From assembly GCA_002104905.1 (NCBI GenBank), contig MCFE01000050.1, forward strand, positions 62,001-126,000: a DNA stretch of 64,000 nt, given 5' to 3'. This DNA is from Basidiobolus meristosporus CBS 931.73 (taxonomy: Eukaryota; Fungi; Basidiobolomycota). The notes under the pieces were generated by a model that saw only the letters and a program-made list of their open reading frames with translations, did no database searches and was not told the origin of the DNA. The position numbers and the translations under genes were made by a program. How positions within the stretch are numbered: the stretch's first letter is position 1; every line of letters starts with the position of its first letter. Positions 23,206-36,539 of this stretch are shown piece by piece.

Positions 23206-24345
23206 ATGTTGGATCCGTTTGAGTTCTCGCCAAATGATTTTAGTATGGCCCAAGTGTCTATGATGAGCCTTCATACAGATATTTGGGCACTACTGATTAA
23301 TCTAGCAGAACTAGATACCTCAAAGAGTCAACAAAGATGGAAGAATTTGAGTAGAAAGCTGTGGCATGAGTTCTACATCAAGATGCCAGCAGATGTATGT
23401 AAAAAGATATATAACAAGACAAGTATTGAAATCAAGAATGAGCTGAGAGTGAGGGGATTTGACAAAGAAGCCGTGCGGGAATGATTTTGCGCGCAATTTG
23501 CAGAGTACGGGCCGGATGCGTCCGTTCGTGCCTCAACTTTGGGAACCAGAGAGATTTTGAATGAGTGTTTGCCTCAAATGACTAATGTACTACGTGATAT
23601 ATTAGTAGAGCTAAGTGGCTTCCGAGAGCAATATACACAGGACTCATCCAGGCAACAGCTCCAAAGTATCAGACAGAGGGTAAGTGAATACCTTGAGGAA
23701 TCAGATGGTGAGCTTCAGGAGGAAGAATACAGACCGTGAGCAACATTGTCCAGATTGCGCCAGCACGCCTTGCTGGATTCCCTACCATCTCTTGCAACCA
23801 CAGCGTGCCGGCGCACGTCAGTCCAGATCACGCCATTACCCTTTACCAGAACGCCCTGCGTCAAGTCAATGCGCGCGCTTCAGAGCAAAACTACAGGAAC
23901 TCGCTAAACTGCTCATTTAGACACAAGTCCATTGGAGCGGACCAAGTTGCGTCAACAAGCAGCATCACATCAAACTCAGCCAAGGGCCATCTCAACACGT
24001 CAAGGCGCGCCTGTGCGTGCCGTTTTGCCTGACCATCAGCAAGTTACTTCTGGTGAACTGACTGATGATGACCAACATGAAGTGCCTCAACCACCGGAGC
24101 CCTTAGCAAGTAAAAGAATGCGTCAGCACGTGGCACTACAGGCTGGTTCAGTTGGTTCAGTTGGAGCAATTCAGCGCGGCCAAGCTGCAGCATTGCACTC
24201 ATCAACTAGGAGGCAAAATACTGACTACAAATACACAAGTAGCCAAGATGATAGTCAGCCAGGAAGTAGTATAGGTGTGCAAAGTGAGTCACTACCAAAA
24301 GCTTCAGTAGTAATCCCTGTGAGAAAAAAACCCAGGAGAAGATGA
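23206..24345 (+). pseudogene. Second ORF of the PHIS element; Myb/SANT- or trihelix-like N-terminus, helical middle, low-complexity basic tail
   Basis: 23206-23484 and 23485-23739 are in one frame separated by a single TGA (plausibly CGA); RWKNLSRKL..EF......CKKIYN resembles Myb/SANT-like helices; 3' part needs a frameshift or intron (GTGAGC 23736, CTAAAC..TTTAG 23920); tail ends RKKPRRR. Confidence 0.55.
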
Positions 24346-25842
24346 TGCAATCTCTTTGAATTGCTCACAATCGTAATGATCCCAACAACCCTTTTTTTTT
24401 GCAATCCAAATCGAGCCATCGCAAATCAGTGATCATCAAATTTTTGATATAAGTAATATCAAGGTTGTCTCACATTTGAGACACAACCCCTATAAATAAA
24501 CACCCTGCATATATATACATCATCTGTAATACCAGTGCAGCTATTGGATCTGTTTTGCACCTACACAATTGCTTGCATGCTAGCTATGGCACCTTGTCCA
24601 ATCACTAGGATCAGGGATTTACTTGCTCAATGGGCAAAATGGGATATTTGATGGCAAATCAGATAGCTGTTTCAGTAGTCAATGAGCCAATTGGGGGCTG
24701 CCAGCTTCAGGATACTTTTGGACCAATTAACCACCGAGATACCGTCCCATTGGAGTGAGGGTAACCAAAATGGTAAGTATCAGTGTGGTTTATAGTGAGA
24801 TACACATTTATTTCCATTTACATTAAAGAAACATATTTAAATACCGGATTTTACCTGCTATTATAGCGGTATCCAATCGCGCACGTGATGCAAACATTAC
24901 GAGTTGGCGCAATCATCCGCGCCAACCTCATCGTGTCAGATTGTGCCATAGTGTGCAAGATCGTCCCGCATAGTGCAAAATTGTCCAGGAACAATCCTGA
25001 CTTCTGGTAGCTATAATATTGCACCTGATTGTTCTTTACGACCGCAGATTGCACCGCGCGCCCTGGCACAGCAGGATGGAACAAGTCTAATGATTCCTGA
25101 TTGATTAGATGTGCTGTGCCTCTTAGAACCTTCTGGCACCTACTTAGAACATTCTTAGGTCATTCTGATGTCATTAAGATTTCTATTGATATCCGGAACC
25201 TTCTGGAACACCATGATTAGTAATCACTTAGCCAGTGAGAAATGTATATAAGGGAGGCTATCCCTCAACAATAAATCATCATCCCTTTTATCAATATACC
25301 AACTTGTTGATTAGTGTGATCACTGCTACCTGCAGCTACCTGAACTTCCAACCCCAGACCACAGGACACTCCCAGGAAACCACACTGACAGCCAACTGAC
25401 CTTAGAGGCACTACTTGTGAGGAATACTCACAGTAGGTATCTTTTATTATATTTGATTCTTTCCCAGGTTTGTTCTTGTACAGGCAAAGATACTTTTCTG
25501 TCTTTGTAACTATTGACCACAGCTGCATTCTTATCAAGTCCCTGCTGGTGGAGTTTACACTTGTTTTGACTTTGGAAGCTTTAGTACACTGTCACCTCAA
25601 AGGATGCTGAACCCAGCACATACTTTTGTTAAGACACCAACTAAGTTGGGGATTATAGCTCAATAGTTTTTCCTTGACAAGCTTGAGGCTTTATTCCCCT
25701 TCACATTAGATTAGAGACAGAACCCAAGTATTCCTAGCAAGCTTTTGCCAGAGGTTATTGCACCCAGTGAACACCCTACACACAATACACTCAAGAAGTG
25801 TTGGACATATCTTTCCCTTGGACCTATACACCACCACATAAT

Positions 25843-25860
25843 TGACACCAAATGTGGGGG
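25843..25860 (+). other. Primer-binding site of Gypsy G, similar to tRNA-Lys(CUU)-type PBS
   Basis: TGACACCAAATGTGGGGG versus TGGCGCCCAACGTGGGGC, 13/18 identical, two mismatches being CpG transitions; lies 4 nt after the LTR end. Confidence 0.6.
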
Positions 25861-25978
25861 GTTCATAAAATCTCCCTAGGACCCAACAAGATTTACCTAA
25901 AGATTTGAGCTGTTATCCACTTATTGAAACAGGACTACCAATATTAGCAAGATTACAACACCAACCTACCTGCCCAAA

Positions 25979-28027
25979 ATGAATTCTATGCCATTACCAC
26001 TCTCTCATGGAACCCCACAGTTTGATGGAAAGAATATGGAAAGCTTCATATTCAAATGGGAGAAGCTCTGCAAGATGTGCAGCTTATCTGAACAAGAAAT
26101 AGCTGAAGACTTTCCCTACTACTGCACCAATGATATTACTACTAAGCTTCTCAGACAAGGAGACATTCTCACAGACTGGGCCTCAATGAAGACATACCTA
26201 CAGACCAAGTATGGTAGACCCCAGATACACTATGGAATTGAAGACCTAAGACACTTTGGAAGGACTGGACTATCCAAGCTACCATGTGAGGAGTTCATTC
26301 AACAGTATGAAGATATGGTCAAGCCACTCCTAGAGTTGCAGGCTATAACTGAGTTTACCATGACACTTTACCTTACACAACAGCTTCCCCAGGACTTGGC
26401 AAGGAAGGTTGACTTACATGCAGCCAAGGATGACAAGTCTGGCATTCCTTGCTTTGCAGAGAAGAAATGTGTTCTCCTAGAGGCAAAGCAAACCTCCAAC
26501 TTTATGAGACTCCTGATATCCAATCTGCCAGACCAGTCAACCAAGGAGCCAATGAGTGCTGTTGCTGACAATCAGACCTACATTACCAACAGAATTAACC
26601 AACTTGCTGAACAGCTACAAAAGCTAGTCCTCAAGATTAATGGCGCAGCCAAGGTAGCTCCTGAGGGCAAAAGACCTTTGCCCAGACACTGCATCTGGTG
26701 TGACTCTACTCAGAATGCCAAACAAGAATGCGCAGAGCATAGTCAGCTACTCAGAGAAGGAGCAGTACTATTTGATGCTGATGGAATGCTTGCTGACAAG
26801 GAAGGAAGAAGGATTCCCACTAATTTCCAAAGAGGAGGGATGAGAGCTCTTTTCCAGAAATCTGACTCAGCAACCAGAAAGATTACTGTTGATGCCCCTA
26901 TTAGGACTCATACAGTGAATCCAAGCAGCCCTGACAACAGACAATACAAAGTTGATGCCTTTGCTACCAAAAGACACCTCCCTGAAGAACCTGCCAAACC
27001 CATCCTTAGAAGACCATGATTTGAAGAACCTGTAGTTATTGTTGACAAGAGGCCTAGTATGCTGCCCACCCAAGATCCATTGCCTCACTTACAGATGACC
27101 TCCAAGATAGCAAGCTACTCAAGCCCCCAACTGATTACTGAGAAGGTGCTGAAGCAGAACCTCACTTTGTTGGTTGGAGAAATCATGAGTGTATCCCCAT
27201 CTGTTAGGAAGACCTTTGATGAGCAGCTTAGAGCAAGACAACAAGCTGTTGAACATGTGGATGCCCATATAATGCACACAAACCATGAAGATCACCAAAA
27301 GGATAACAGCACTACTGAATAAAAGACCTTTTACTCAGTTGCAACTGCTGTGGTGAAAGGGAATATATATGATGACCCTGTTGACTGCCATATTGACAGT
27401 GGCTCAGAGATTTGTGTTATGCCGCTAGACTTCTGGAAGACACTTAGAAGCAAGGAGCTACTGCCTGTTGATAGAGATATTGAATGGAGCATGACTGACG
27501 CAAACTCAGGATCTAGTCCACTCTATGGTGTAGTACACAAGTTCCCTATTGAGGTCCAAGGAATCAATGTCTGGCTTCCCCTCTTCATCTGCCAGAAGGC
27601 TAACTTTGACCTTCTGCTAGGTAGACAATGGGAAACCAGTACCAAGGCTACAACTACCAGCTACTCCAATGGGTCAGTATGGTACACCATACAAGGATCC
27701 AACCCAGGACTACAGTCATCCTTCTATGGTGTAACACCCAACAATAAGGGGACGCATACTGCTTGCCAGAAGACACATCTTGTTATAGAAGAAGACAAGG
27801 AGCTTGACAATATACACCTCAACATTTGGAGCTGCTCATTTGGTATACAGGAGCAGACGGCTATGGTTCAATCAGAATACAAGACAGTAAAACAGAAGAT
27901 TAGACCATCACTTACACCTTTGACCAATGGATCTCAACCTGCTGATTACATTAGACCACCAGAAGAAACACCAGAAGATATACAACTTACACCTGAGAGA
28001 CTCAAGCAACTTATCATTGGAGATTAA
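25979..28027 (+). pseudogene. gag: Gypsy G gag plus aspartic protease, one frame with internal stops
   Basis: ORFs 25979-27019, 27059-27322 and 27350-28027 share a frame; PQFDGKN, CIWCDS...AKQEC degenerate knuckle, CHIDSGSEI protease and FDLLLGRQW. Confidence 0.88.
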
Positions 28028-28214
28028 AACCTAACACCACAGGAGATACTATTATTTGAAGAAACCTTGAAAAGGCATGATAAGGTCTTCTCATATAATG
28101 ACAAGGAGATGGGACTCTTAAGACATTGGTTGAAAAACCAATCAAGATTCATACAGTGCCCCACACACCCTAGTCATTTAAGCCTTACCACTGCCCAGAG
28201 GACTCCAAGCTGAT

Positions 28215-30761
28215 GTGCATGACCTACTTAAGAAGAAGATAGCAGCTGGTATCCCAGAACCTTGCTGTGGACCTTATGCTAACGGATGGTTTGTGACCAA
28301 AAAGAAGAATGGAAAGCTCCAATTCATTCAAGACATGCAACCTGCAAATGCTGTCACTATCAAAGATACTGTTATACCTCCATCTATTGATGACTTTGCA
28401 GAAAGCTTTAGTGGCCACTCAATCTACTCAACATACAATCTCTACTCAGGATATGACCAGATCCCCCTCAATGAGACATCAAGAGATATGTTTGCACTAC
28501 AGGCACCATTTGGACCGTTAAGGATGACAAGACTCAGCCAAGGGGCTACATACTCTGTGGCTCAGTTCCAGAGATGCATGGTGAATGTGCTGTATCAATT
28601 TATATCTGAGAAGCTTACTGTCTTTGTTGATGACATAGGCAACAAAGGACCAAAAATCTGGGACACCACTGAAATTATGCCTGGAGTAGGGAAGTTTGTC
28701 TAGGACCATATTTCAGACAATGATGCCATATTAAGAGCCATTGAAGAAGCTGGACACACCATCAGTGGTGAGAAAAGCAGCTTTGGTGTATCAGAGATAT
28801 CTATTGTTGGATAAAAATGCAACACCTTTGGTTGTACACCTTGAAACTCCAAGACACAAAAGATATGCAACTGGCCTACCCCCACAAATCTAACGCAAGC
28901 TTGTGGCTTTGTGGCAGCTTGTGGGTTCTTTAGGATCTGGATCCCAAGATTTTCTGAGATAGCAGAACCAATCTACCAACTACAGAGAAAGAATACCCCA
29001 TTTATCTGGGAAGAAGTGCAAGAAGAAGCCCTGCAATTACTGAAAGAGGCCTTAGCATCTCCACCAGTTCTAAGACCTCTTGACTATCAGAACACTGAAT
29101 GCCCACCTATTTTGACAGTGGGTGCAAGCCCTATAGGAGCTGGAGCACCACTTGGCCAAGATGATGAAGATGGCAACCGCTATGCCTGCAGATATGAGAG
29201 CTGCCTATTCTCTCCTAGAGAACAAAGATACTCACATATTAAGATAGAGCTACTAGGAGTTGTGAAGATGCTGAGGAAACTGAAGTCACAACTCTACATG
29301 ACACATTTCATCCTGGACACAGATGCCAAGGCACTTATAGGAATGATCAATAAGCCTGACCAACTTGATGATGCCACAAACCAATGGATGGCATGGCTGA
29401 AAATGCTTGACTCTGAGGTCAGACATATCCCTGGCAAGACAAATGTTGTGGCTGATGCACTCTCCAGGAAGGAACCACAATTATTTGAAGACTTGGACCC
29501 TCACTTTGATGATATCATTGATGCAGAGATCCAACAGATTGCCATCAAAAACCAAGAGAGAACTACTTGGAGTCTGACCAAGGAATACCTAAGGACACTT
29601 AAGAAACCTAGTTGGATGGAAATTCAGGAGTTTAGAGAACTCAGGAAGAAGGCACACCAATAGTATCTCAAAGATGATCTTCTCTTTAAGCAAGTGAAGC
29701 CTGGACTTATGCCAAGAAGAGTAGTCACTACCCCACAAGAGCAACTGAACATCATGACAAGTATCCTCCAAGGAGAACTAGGAGGACACAGAGGACAAGA
29801 AGCCACCTACAATACCATAGCTCAGAGGTACTACTGGGAAAACATTTACTATGATATCCAACACCTTGTTGAGTCATGTGTAGCCTGCCAGAAGAGATCC
29901 TCCAAGCATTATGAAGTACCACTGCATCCTATGTACACAGTCTGTCTTTGGCAAAAGGTTGGTATTGAACCTATCCACATGCCAACAGCTGGATCAAAAA
30001 AGTACCTGATTGTTGCTAGAGATGACCTTAGTGGATGGGCAGAGGCTTGAGCCCTACCCAACAACAAGAGCCATACCAAATGGAGATTTATACTTGAAGA
30101 CATCATCTGCAGATTTGGCTGCACATGACAGTTTGTTGCTGACAGAGGAGAGATGACATCCCAAATGATCCAGGAGTTGTGCTCAAAGTACAAGATACAC
30201 ATTGCTCTTACAACAGCTTACTACCCTCAAGCCAATGGAATGATTGAGAGAGGATATGGACCATTGATGAACTCTCTTGTCAAGACCGGTGAGAATAACA
30301 CAACACTGTGGCCACAGCAATTACATCTTGCACTCTGGGCAGATAGAATTACTACCAAGAGAACAACTGGATTATTGCCATTCAAACTACTCTATGGACA
30401 TAACTGCACACTACCAATTGAGTTAAACACAGTGACTTGGAACTCATTGAATTGGAGATCCAATATGCAGACTGAAGACCTCCTTGTAACTTGCATACAG
30501 CAACTTGATCACCATGACTTGAATATCAGCAGAGCTGCTGAACAACTTAAGGATACACAACTGAAGAACAAGGCGCCCTTTTACAAATCACACCCAACAA
30601 GACCTAAACCACTATCACTAGGAGACCAAGCATTACTCTATGATTCCACCTTGGACAAACAATGGAGTTGGAAGTTTGACAACAAATGGACTGGCCCCTA
30701 CCTCATTCCCAAAGTGACTAGAAATGGATATTATTACATATCCAAGCTTGACAACACCTAG
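28215..30761 (+). pseudogene. pol: Gypsy G RT, RNase H and integrase
   Basis: PYANGWFVTKKKNG, YSGYDQI, VFVDDI (RT); GFFRIWIPRFS, ASPIG, HIPGKTNVVADALSR (RNase H); H..GH..Y....CVAC-type zinc domain, YYPQANGMIER, WTGPY (integrase). Confidence 0.93.
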
Positions 30762-31674
30762 TTGAGAGCACCAGTTGCAGGAAACCAACTTAAGTTATTC
30801 AGGCATAGGAATTTTGCACATCAAGATTAGTTTGCTTTGACCCAAGCTCAAAGTTGAGAGGGGAGTGGATATAGTGGGGTGACAATGACACCCACTGACA
30901 GATGTGCTCATTCCCATATTTTCTACTTCCCTATATCTCTACTACACTTGTTTTTGTTTTATCCCATTTGTCTTACCTGATCAATACTATCCCATAAGCC
31001 GGTTGACTATCACACCTACTTACCTTATAGCATGAGTAACCCCTCACTTTATGTAAGATTACTGGCTATAAGTGCTTCTATATTAGGCAAGTACCCATGC
31101 CAGTACCGGTGACACATGGTCAACCCATGTCACCATCTCTACTCTTTCCATACCATAAATGGTATTCCTATGTTACACAGGTTTCAGAATACTGATTGCT
31201 GATTAATTGGATGTGCTGTGCCTCTTAGAACCTTCCGGCACCTACTTAGATCATTCTTAGGTCATTCTGATGTCATTAAGATATCTATTGATATCCAGAA
31301 TCTTCTGGAACACCATGATTAGTAATCACTCAGCCCGTAAGAAAAGTATATAAGGGAGGCCATCCCTAAACAATAAATCATCATCCCTTTTATCAATATA
31401 CCAACTTGATGATTAGTGTGATCACTGCTACCTGAACTTCCAACCACAGGACACTCCCAGGAAACCATGCTGATAGCCAACTGACCTTGGAGGCACTAAA
31501 ACAAGTGAACTTAGCAAGACACAGTTCTACAGAACACTTCAAGAAGATACCCAGATGTTCCTCATGGTGGTACTACAGAAAAATTCCTCTACTCCAGCAT
31601 CCTACATGGTCCAGACTCTTTTGATTGAATATTCAGATGTATTTCCAGATGAATTAGTAGGCCTACCACCAGTC

Positions 31675-34600
31675 TGTTGAAAAAATTTGTATTTTCACCT
31701 AAATATTCACCTAACTTAGTCACTTAGATCATCACCTTCAAATCCTAGAGAATACTGACCAAATTCCTTGTCAGGATATACTTAGAATATTTTCACCAAA
31801 ATACCAGGTACCCAGAACATGAAAATTCTCAAAGTTGTCCAAACAGCCCCAAACTTTGCACACATGTTCTTGGGACCTTTCTTAATCTATTCTACATGTT
31901 TGTAATGCCAAGAACAGGTAAAAGTATGAATACTACTTTTACATTCAATAAATCATTAAGTGAAAACCACATAATCTACTTGTCCTCCCAATCACTTCCA
32001 ATATCTCCAAGACTCTTACAACAGTTTATGAGCCCCAAGCTATCACTCTCTGCAATGTCTAATACTGCTATTACTGGAATTTTTCCCTCTGCTGAAAAGT
32101 TGGATGGCTCTAACTACCAGGTGTGAAAGGTGAAGATGAAGATGCTGCTACAAGAAAGAGGCCTTTGGGATATTGTCATGGGAGAAGAATGCCCTCCTAA
32201 AAATGTGGGAGAGGAAGCCTTAAATAACCAGAAGAAAGAACAAAGTGCCTTAAACTGCATTTGCCTTAGTGTCAAGGACAAATTGCTAATTCAATGCTCA
32301 AGAGCAAAAACGGCAAAGAATGCCTGGAAAGCATTATAAGACACATACCAGTCATGTTCAGCTGCCAAGAAAATGTATCTGAGACAAAAATTCTTTACTA
32401 CAAAGATGCTGCCAGGAGAAGAAATGAAAAATCTAATTAACAGAATTACCCTGCTGGTAGATGAGATGGAATCTGTGGGTGTACCAACTACTGATGCGGA
32501 TGTGATAGTTACCATCATGAATAGCCTGACAGACAAGTTTCAGGGTCTTGTATCAGCCCTAGAGTCCAGAACTGAAGATTTGACCTTAAATTACATATAT
32601 GGAAGGCTCCTGGATGAAGAATTACAAAAATCAGCGCCAATAAGAAGGAAGAAGAAAATACTTTAATAAGCAATGATAACCAACATAGGAGGTACCCAAG
32701 ACCCTACAAAGGTAACAGCAACCTATTTTGCAACTACTGCAAAAGGAAAGGACACACATTAGACTGGTGTCTCAAAAAGAGAGATTATCAGCAAAAGAAG
32801 CCTGAATATGGGAATGCTGCAACAACTGAAGATAGACTGTTCATATCTGCACTAAATATGACCACAAGCAAGGATTCTCAGACGTGGTATATTGACTCTG
32901 GAGCTTCTCAACACTTTACACACCAAAAACAACTTTTTACCCCATATCAAGAAATTCCAATTAAGAAGGTTTTCATTGGTGACAATAGAACACTTGATGC
33001 AGTGGGAGAAGGAACTATCCAAGTAAACCTCAGAAGCAGTGAAGGAAGCCATACACTGACCTTTGAAGAAGTACTCTATGTACCAGAAATAGCCAAGAAC
33101 CTACTCTCTGTAAGCAAGGCCACAGCAGAAGGACTCAGTTTCAGTTTTGACAATTCTAAATGCAGGATCACTGATCAAAATGGTGCCCATATTGCTTTGG
33201 GCATCAGAGATCAGTATCTATACAAGTTGACTTATATTCCATCATATCTGGAAGCCAATATAAGTAACTTAAGTGAAGAAACACCATTGCTTTGGCACAG
33301 GAGATTTGGGCACATCAATTTTGATTATTTGCGTAAAATGATCAAAGATCAGCTAATTTCTGGAGTGAAAATTGATCCCCCACCTAATTTGGAGCACTGT
33401 GAAGCTTGCATATATGGGAAACAAGCCAGACAACCGTTCAAGAGCTCTGGGTAAATCAAAACTAAGAAAAATTAGATCTAATTCACTCAGATCTGTGTGG
33501 ACCTATGCAAAATTTATCCTTAGGCGGGATGAAGTATTTAATCACTTTTATTGATGATTATACAAGATAAACATGGGTCTACTTCATGGAGAGAAAGGAA
33601 GAAGCTCTGTCTAAGTTCAGGGAGTTTAAAGCCATGGTGGAGAGAGAAACAGGTGAAAAAATCAAGAAAATACGCTCTGACAATGGTGGAGAATATACCT
33701 CAAAACTCTTCATCCACTTCTGCAAAATTCATGGGATAAAGCAACAGACCACTGTACCATATTCCCCACAGCAAATTGAAGTAGCAGAACAAGCTAACAG
33801 ATCAATAATTGATATGGCAAGATCTATGATCCATGATCAAAAATTATCCTATGATTTTAAGGCGGAATCAGTTGCCACTGCTGTATATCTTAAAAATAGG
33901 AGTTATAACAGAATACTTTGTGATTCTACTCCATTTAAAGCATGGTATGGATACAGACCAAGTGCAGAACATCTAAGAATACTTGGGTGTACAGCATATG
34001 CCAAAAAACTGGCTGGAAATCAGTCAAAATATGAGCCAAAAAATGTAAAATGCATATTTTTGGGCTACTGCAATGAGAGTAAGGCATACAGACTCTACAA
34101 TACCAAAGCAAAGAAGCTGATCAAGTCCAGGGATGTGTTGTTTGATGAAAATTCAAAATGTTTACAGAAAATGACATCAAATGATGACAAAAATTTGATC
34201 TCAAGTCCACCAATTGTCAGGATTGAATCAGAGCAAAACACTGAATATTTTTTCACTCCAGAGGACTCTACAACCGTGGTTCAGCCAGAATCAGTGCCCA
34301 GGAATATCCCAGAAGTGATCATTCCAGTATCAAATGCCCGGAGATCAAATCAGACAAGAAATAGCCCAAATTACTATATTAATGAGGGTACAAACTTAGC
34401 CTATGCCTATTCAGTCCATATTGATGAACCCCATAATGTAAAAGAGGCCCTAAATAGCCCTCAGACAAAGTTTTGGAGATCTGCAATGACTGAGGAATAT
34501 CAGGCACTGATGGAAAATCAAACTTGGGACTTAGTCAAATTACCAATCAACCAAAAATCAATTGGATGCAGATGGGTCTTCAAGACAAAATACAAGGCTG

Positions 34601-36357
34601 ATGGTACAATTGAAAGATACCAAGCAAGACTTGTAGCCAAAGGATACTCTCAAACAAAAGGACTTGACTTCACTGAGACCTTTGCACCAGTAGCCAAGTT
34701 TAATTCCATCAGATTAATATTGGCTATTGCAGCCAAATATAAGTTTTTTACTCATTGAATGGAAGTAAAAACTGCATCTTTGAATGGAGAACTTGATGAG
34801 GACATGTATATGGACCAGCCTGATGGGTTTGTTGACCAAGATAACCCCCATTTGGTCTGCAAGCTTAAAAAGTCACTATATGGTCTCAAACAATCACCAA
34901 GAGCCTGGAATTGCAAGATAGATTCTTATATGGAATCTTTGAGTTTCAAAAGAAGTAATGCTGACTAGAGTATATACTATAAGCCAGATAGAGCAAATCC
35001 AGTTCTATTAGCTCTCTATGTGGATGATCTTATTATAGCCACCAATAACCTAGAATCATTGGAAGAGACTAATTCCAGCCTATCTAAGGAGTTCAAGATG
35101 TCTGATCTAGGAGAACTTAGTTACTACTTAGGGATTAAGTTCTCCATAGACAGAAGTGCTCAGACTATTACCCTAAGTCAATCCAAGTATATTCAAGATA
35201 TACTAAAGAAGTACAAAATGGAAGACTGTAAATTGGCAGCTACCCCAATGGAGACAAACCTTAACTTGGTCAAAACTCAACCAAATCAAGAGAGCTTGGT
35301 GCCATCTGAAAGCCCTGACTTTCCTTATCAATCTATGGTTGGCAGTCTGATGTATATCATGCTTGGAACACGTCCAGATATCTCATATTCAGTGGGAGTT
35401 GTTAGCCAACATAATCAGAATTATGGATCTGATCATATTGCAGCAGTTAAGCAGATTTTTAGATACCTAAAAGGAACTGCTGATATCTGCCTAAGATACA
35501 CTTATAAGGATTCAGAACAGGATCTTGTGGGATACTCTGATGCTGATTGGGGACAAAATTTAGAAGACAGAAGATCCACCACAGGATACACCTTCCTTTA
35601 CCATAAAGGAGCAATTTCATGGAATTCAAGAAAGCAACCAACTGTAGCACTTTCCACCACAGAGGCAGAGTATATGGCAGCCTGTGAAGCTACAAAAGAA
35701 GCAATGTGGCTAAGAAAGCTGTGTACAGATTTAGGCCTATGTCAAAAAACGCCTATTATTTTATTTCAAGATAATCAAGGATGTATACAATTAGGTAGAA
35801 ATCCAACTTTTCATGCTAGAACCAAGCACATAGATATTAGACATCATTTCATACATGAAGCTATAGAGAATAGCTTAGTTAGCTTAGTTTACTGTCCTAC
35901 AGATGAAATGATTGCAGACATATTTACCAAACCATTAGCTAGAGACAAGTTTGAATATCTTAGGTCAAAATTAGGACTAGTCAGTATGAACATTTGGCTG
36001 GGAGGGAGTGTTGAAAAAATCTGTATTTCCACCTAAATATTCACCTAACTTAGTCACTTAGATCATTACCTTCAAATCCTAGAGAATACTGACCAAATTC
36101 CTTGTTGGGATTTACTTAGAATATTTTCACCAAAATACCAGGTACCCAGAGCATCAAAATTCTCAAAGTTATCCAAACAGCCCCAAACTTTGCACACATG
36201 TTCTTGGGACCTTTCTTAGCCTATTCTATGTGTTTGTAATGCCAAGACCAGGTAAAAGTACAAATACTACTTTTACATTCAATAAATCATTAAGGGAAAA
36301 CCACATAATTTACTTGTCCTCCCAATCACTTCCAATATCTCCAAGACTCTTACAACA
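31675..36357 (+). mobile_element. Ty1/Copia retrotransposon Copia-2, full length, same family as Copia-1
   Basis: LTRs 31675-32023 and 36009-36357; perfect TSD CAGTC; PBS GTTTATGAGCCC; gag-pol pseudogene with all domains (YVDDL, YSDADWG, HARTKHIDIRHHF). Confidence 0.97.
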
Positions 36358-36539
36358 CAGTCAGAGATGTGGATCATGCCATTGACACTGGAGATAGCCC
36401 TCTAGTGAGTAAGACATCTTACTGAATGAGTCCAATGGAGTTGGAGGAGATGAAGAGACAAATAGATCCGTTATTGGAGCAAGGATATATTAGACCCAGC
36501 AAGCAACCTTGGGGAGCACCAGTGCTCTTTGAGGAAAAG

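Larger units (their letters stand above)
21686..25088. mobile_element. PIF/Harbinger-superfamily (PHIS) DNA transposon, 3.4 kb, two divergent ORFs
   Basis: Imperfect TIRs AGACTCGTTCCGT..TGCC / GGCA..ATGGAACAAGTCT; flanks ACT / AAT, and removing the element restores the host LTR sequence GAATACTGATTCC; subterminal TAGTGCC-type repeats at the left end. Confidence 0.88.
20421..31497 (+). mobile_element. Ty3/Gypsy family G element, near full length; 5' LTR carries two nested insertions, both LTRs truncated at their outer ends
   Basis: 5' LTR pieces 20421-20517, 21589-21685, 25092-25838; PBS 25843-25860; gag-PR-RT-RH-IN order; purine tract 30856-30868; 3' LTR 30869-31497. Confidence 0.9.

Noticed and set aside
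24462-24488. Hairpin GGTTGTCTCA...TGAGACACAACC as a terminator or Helitron end
   Set aside because: Short imperfect stem with no following CTRR or U-tract; inside the PHIS element; chance occurrence plausible.
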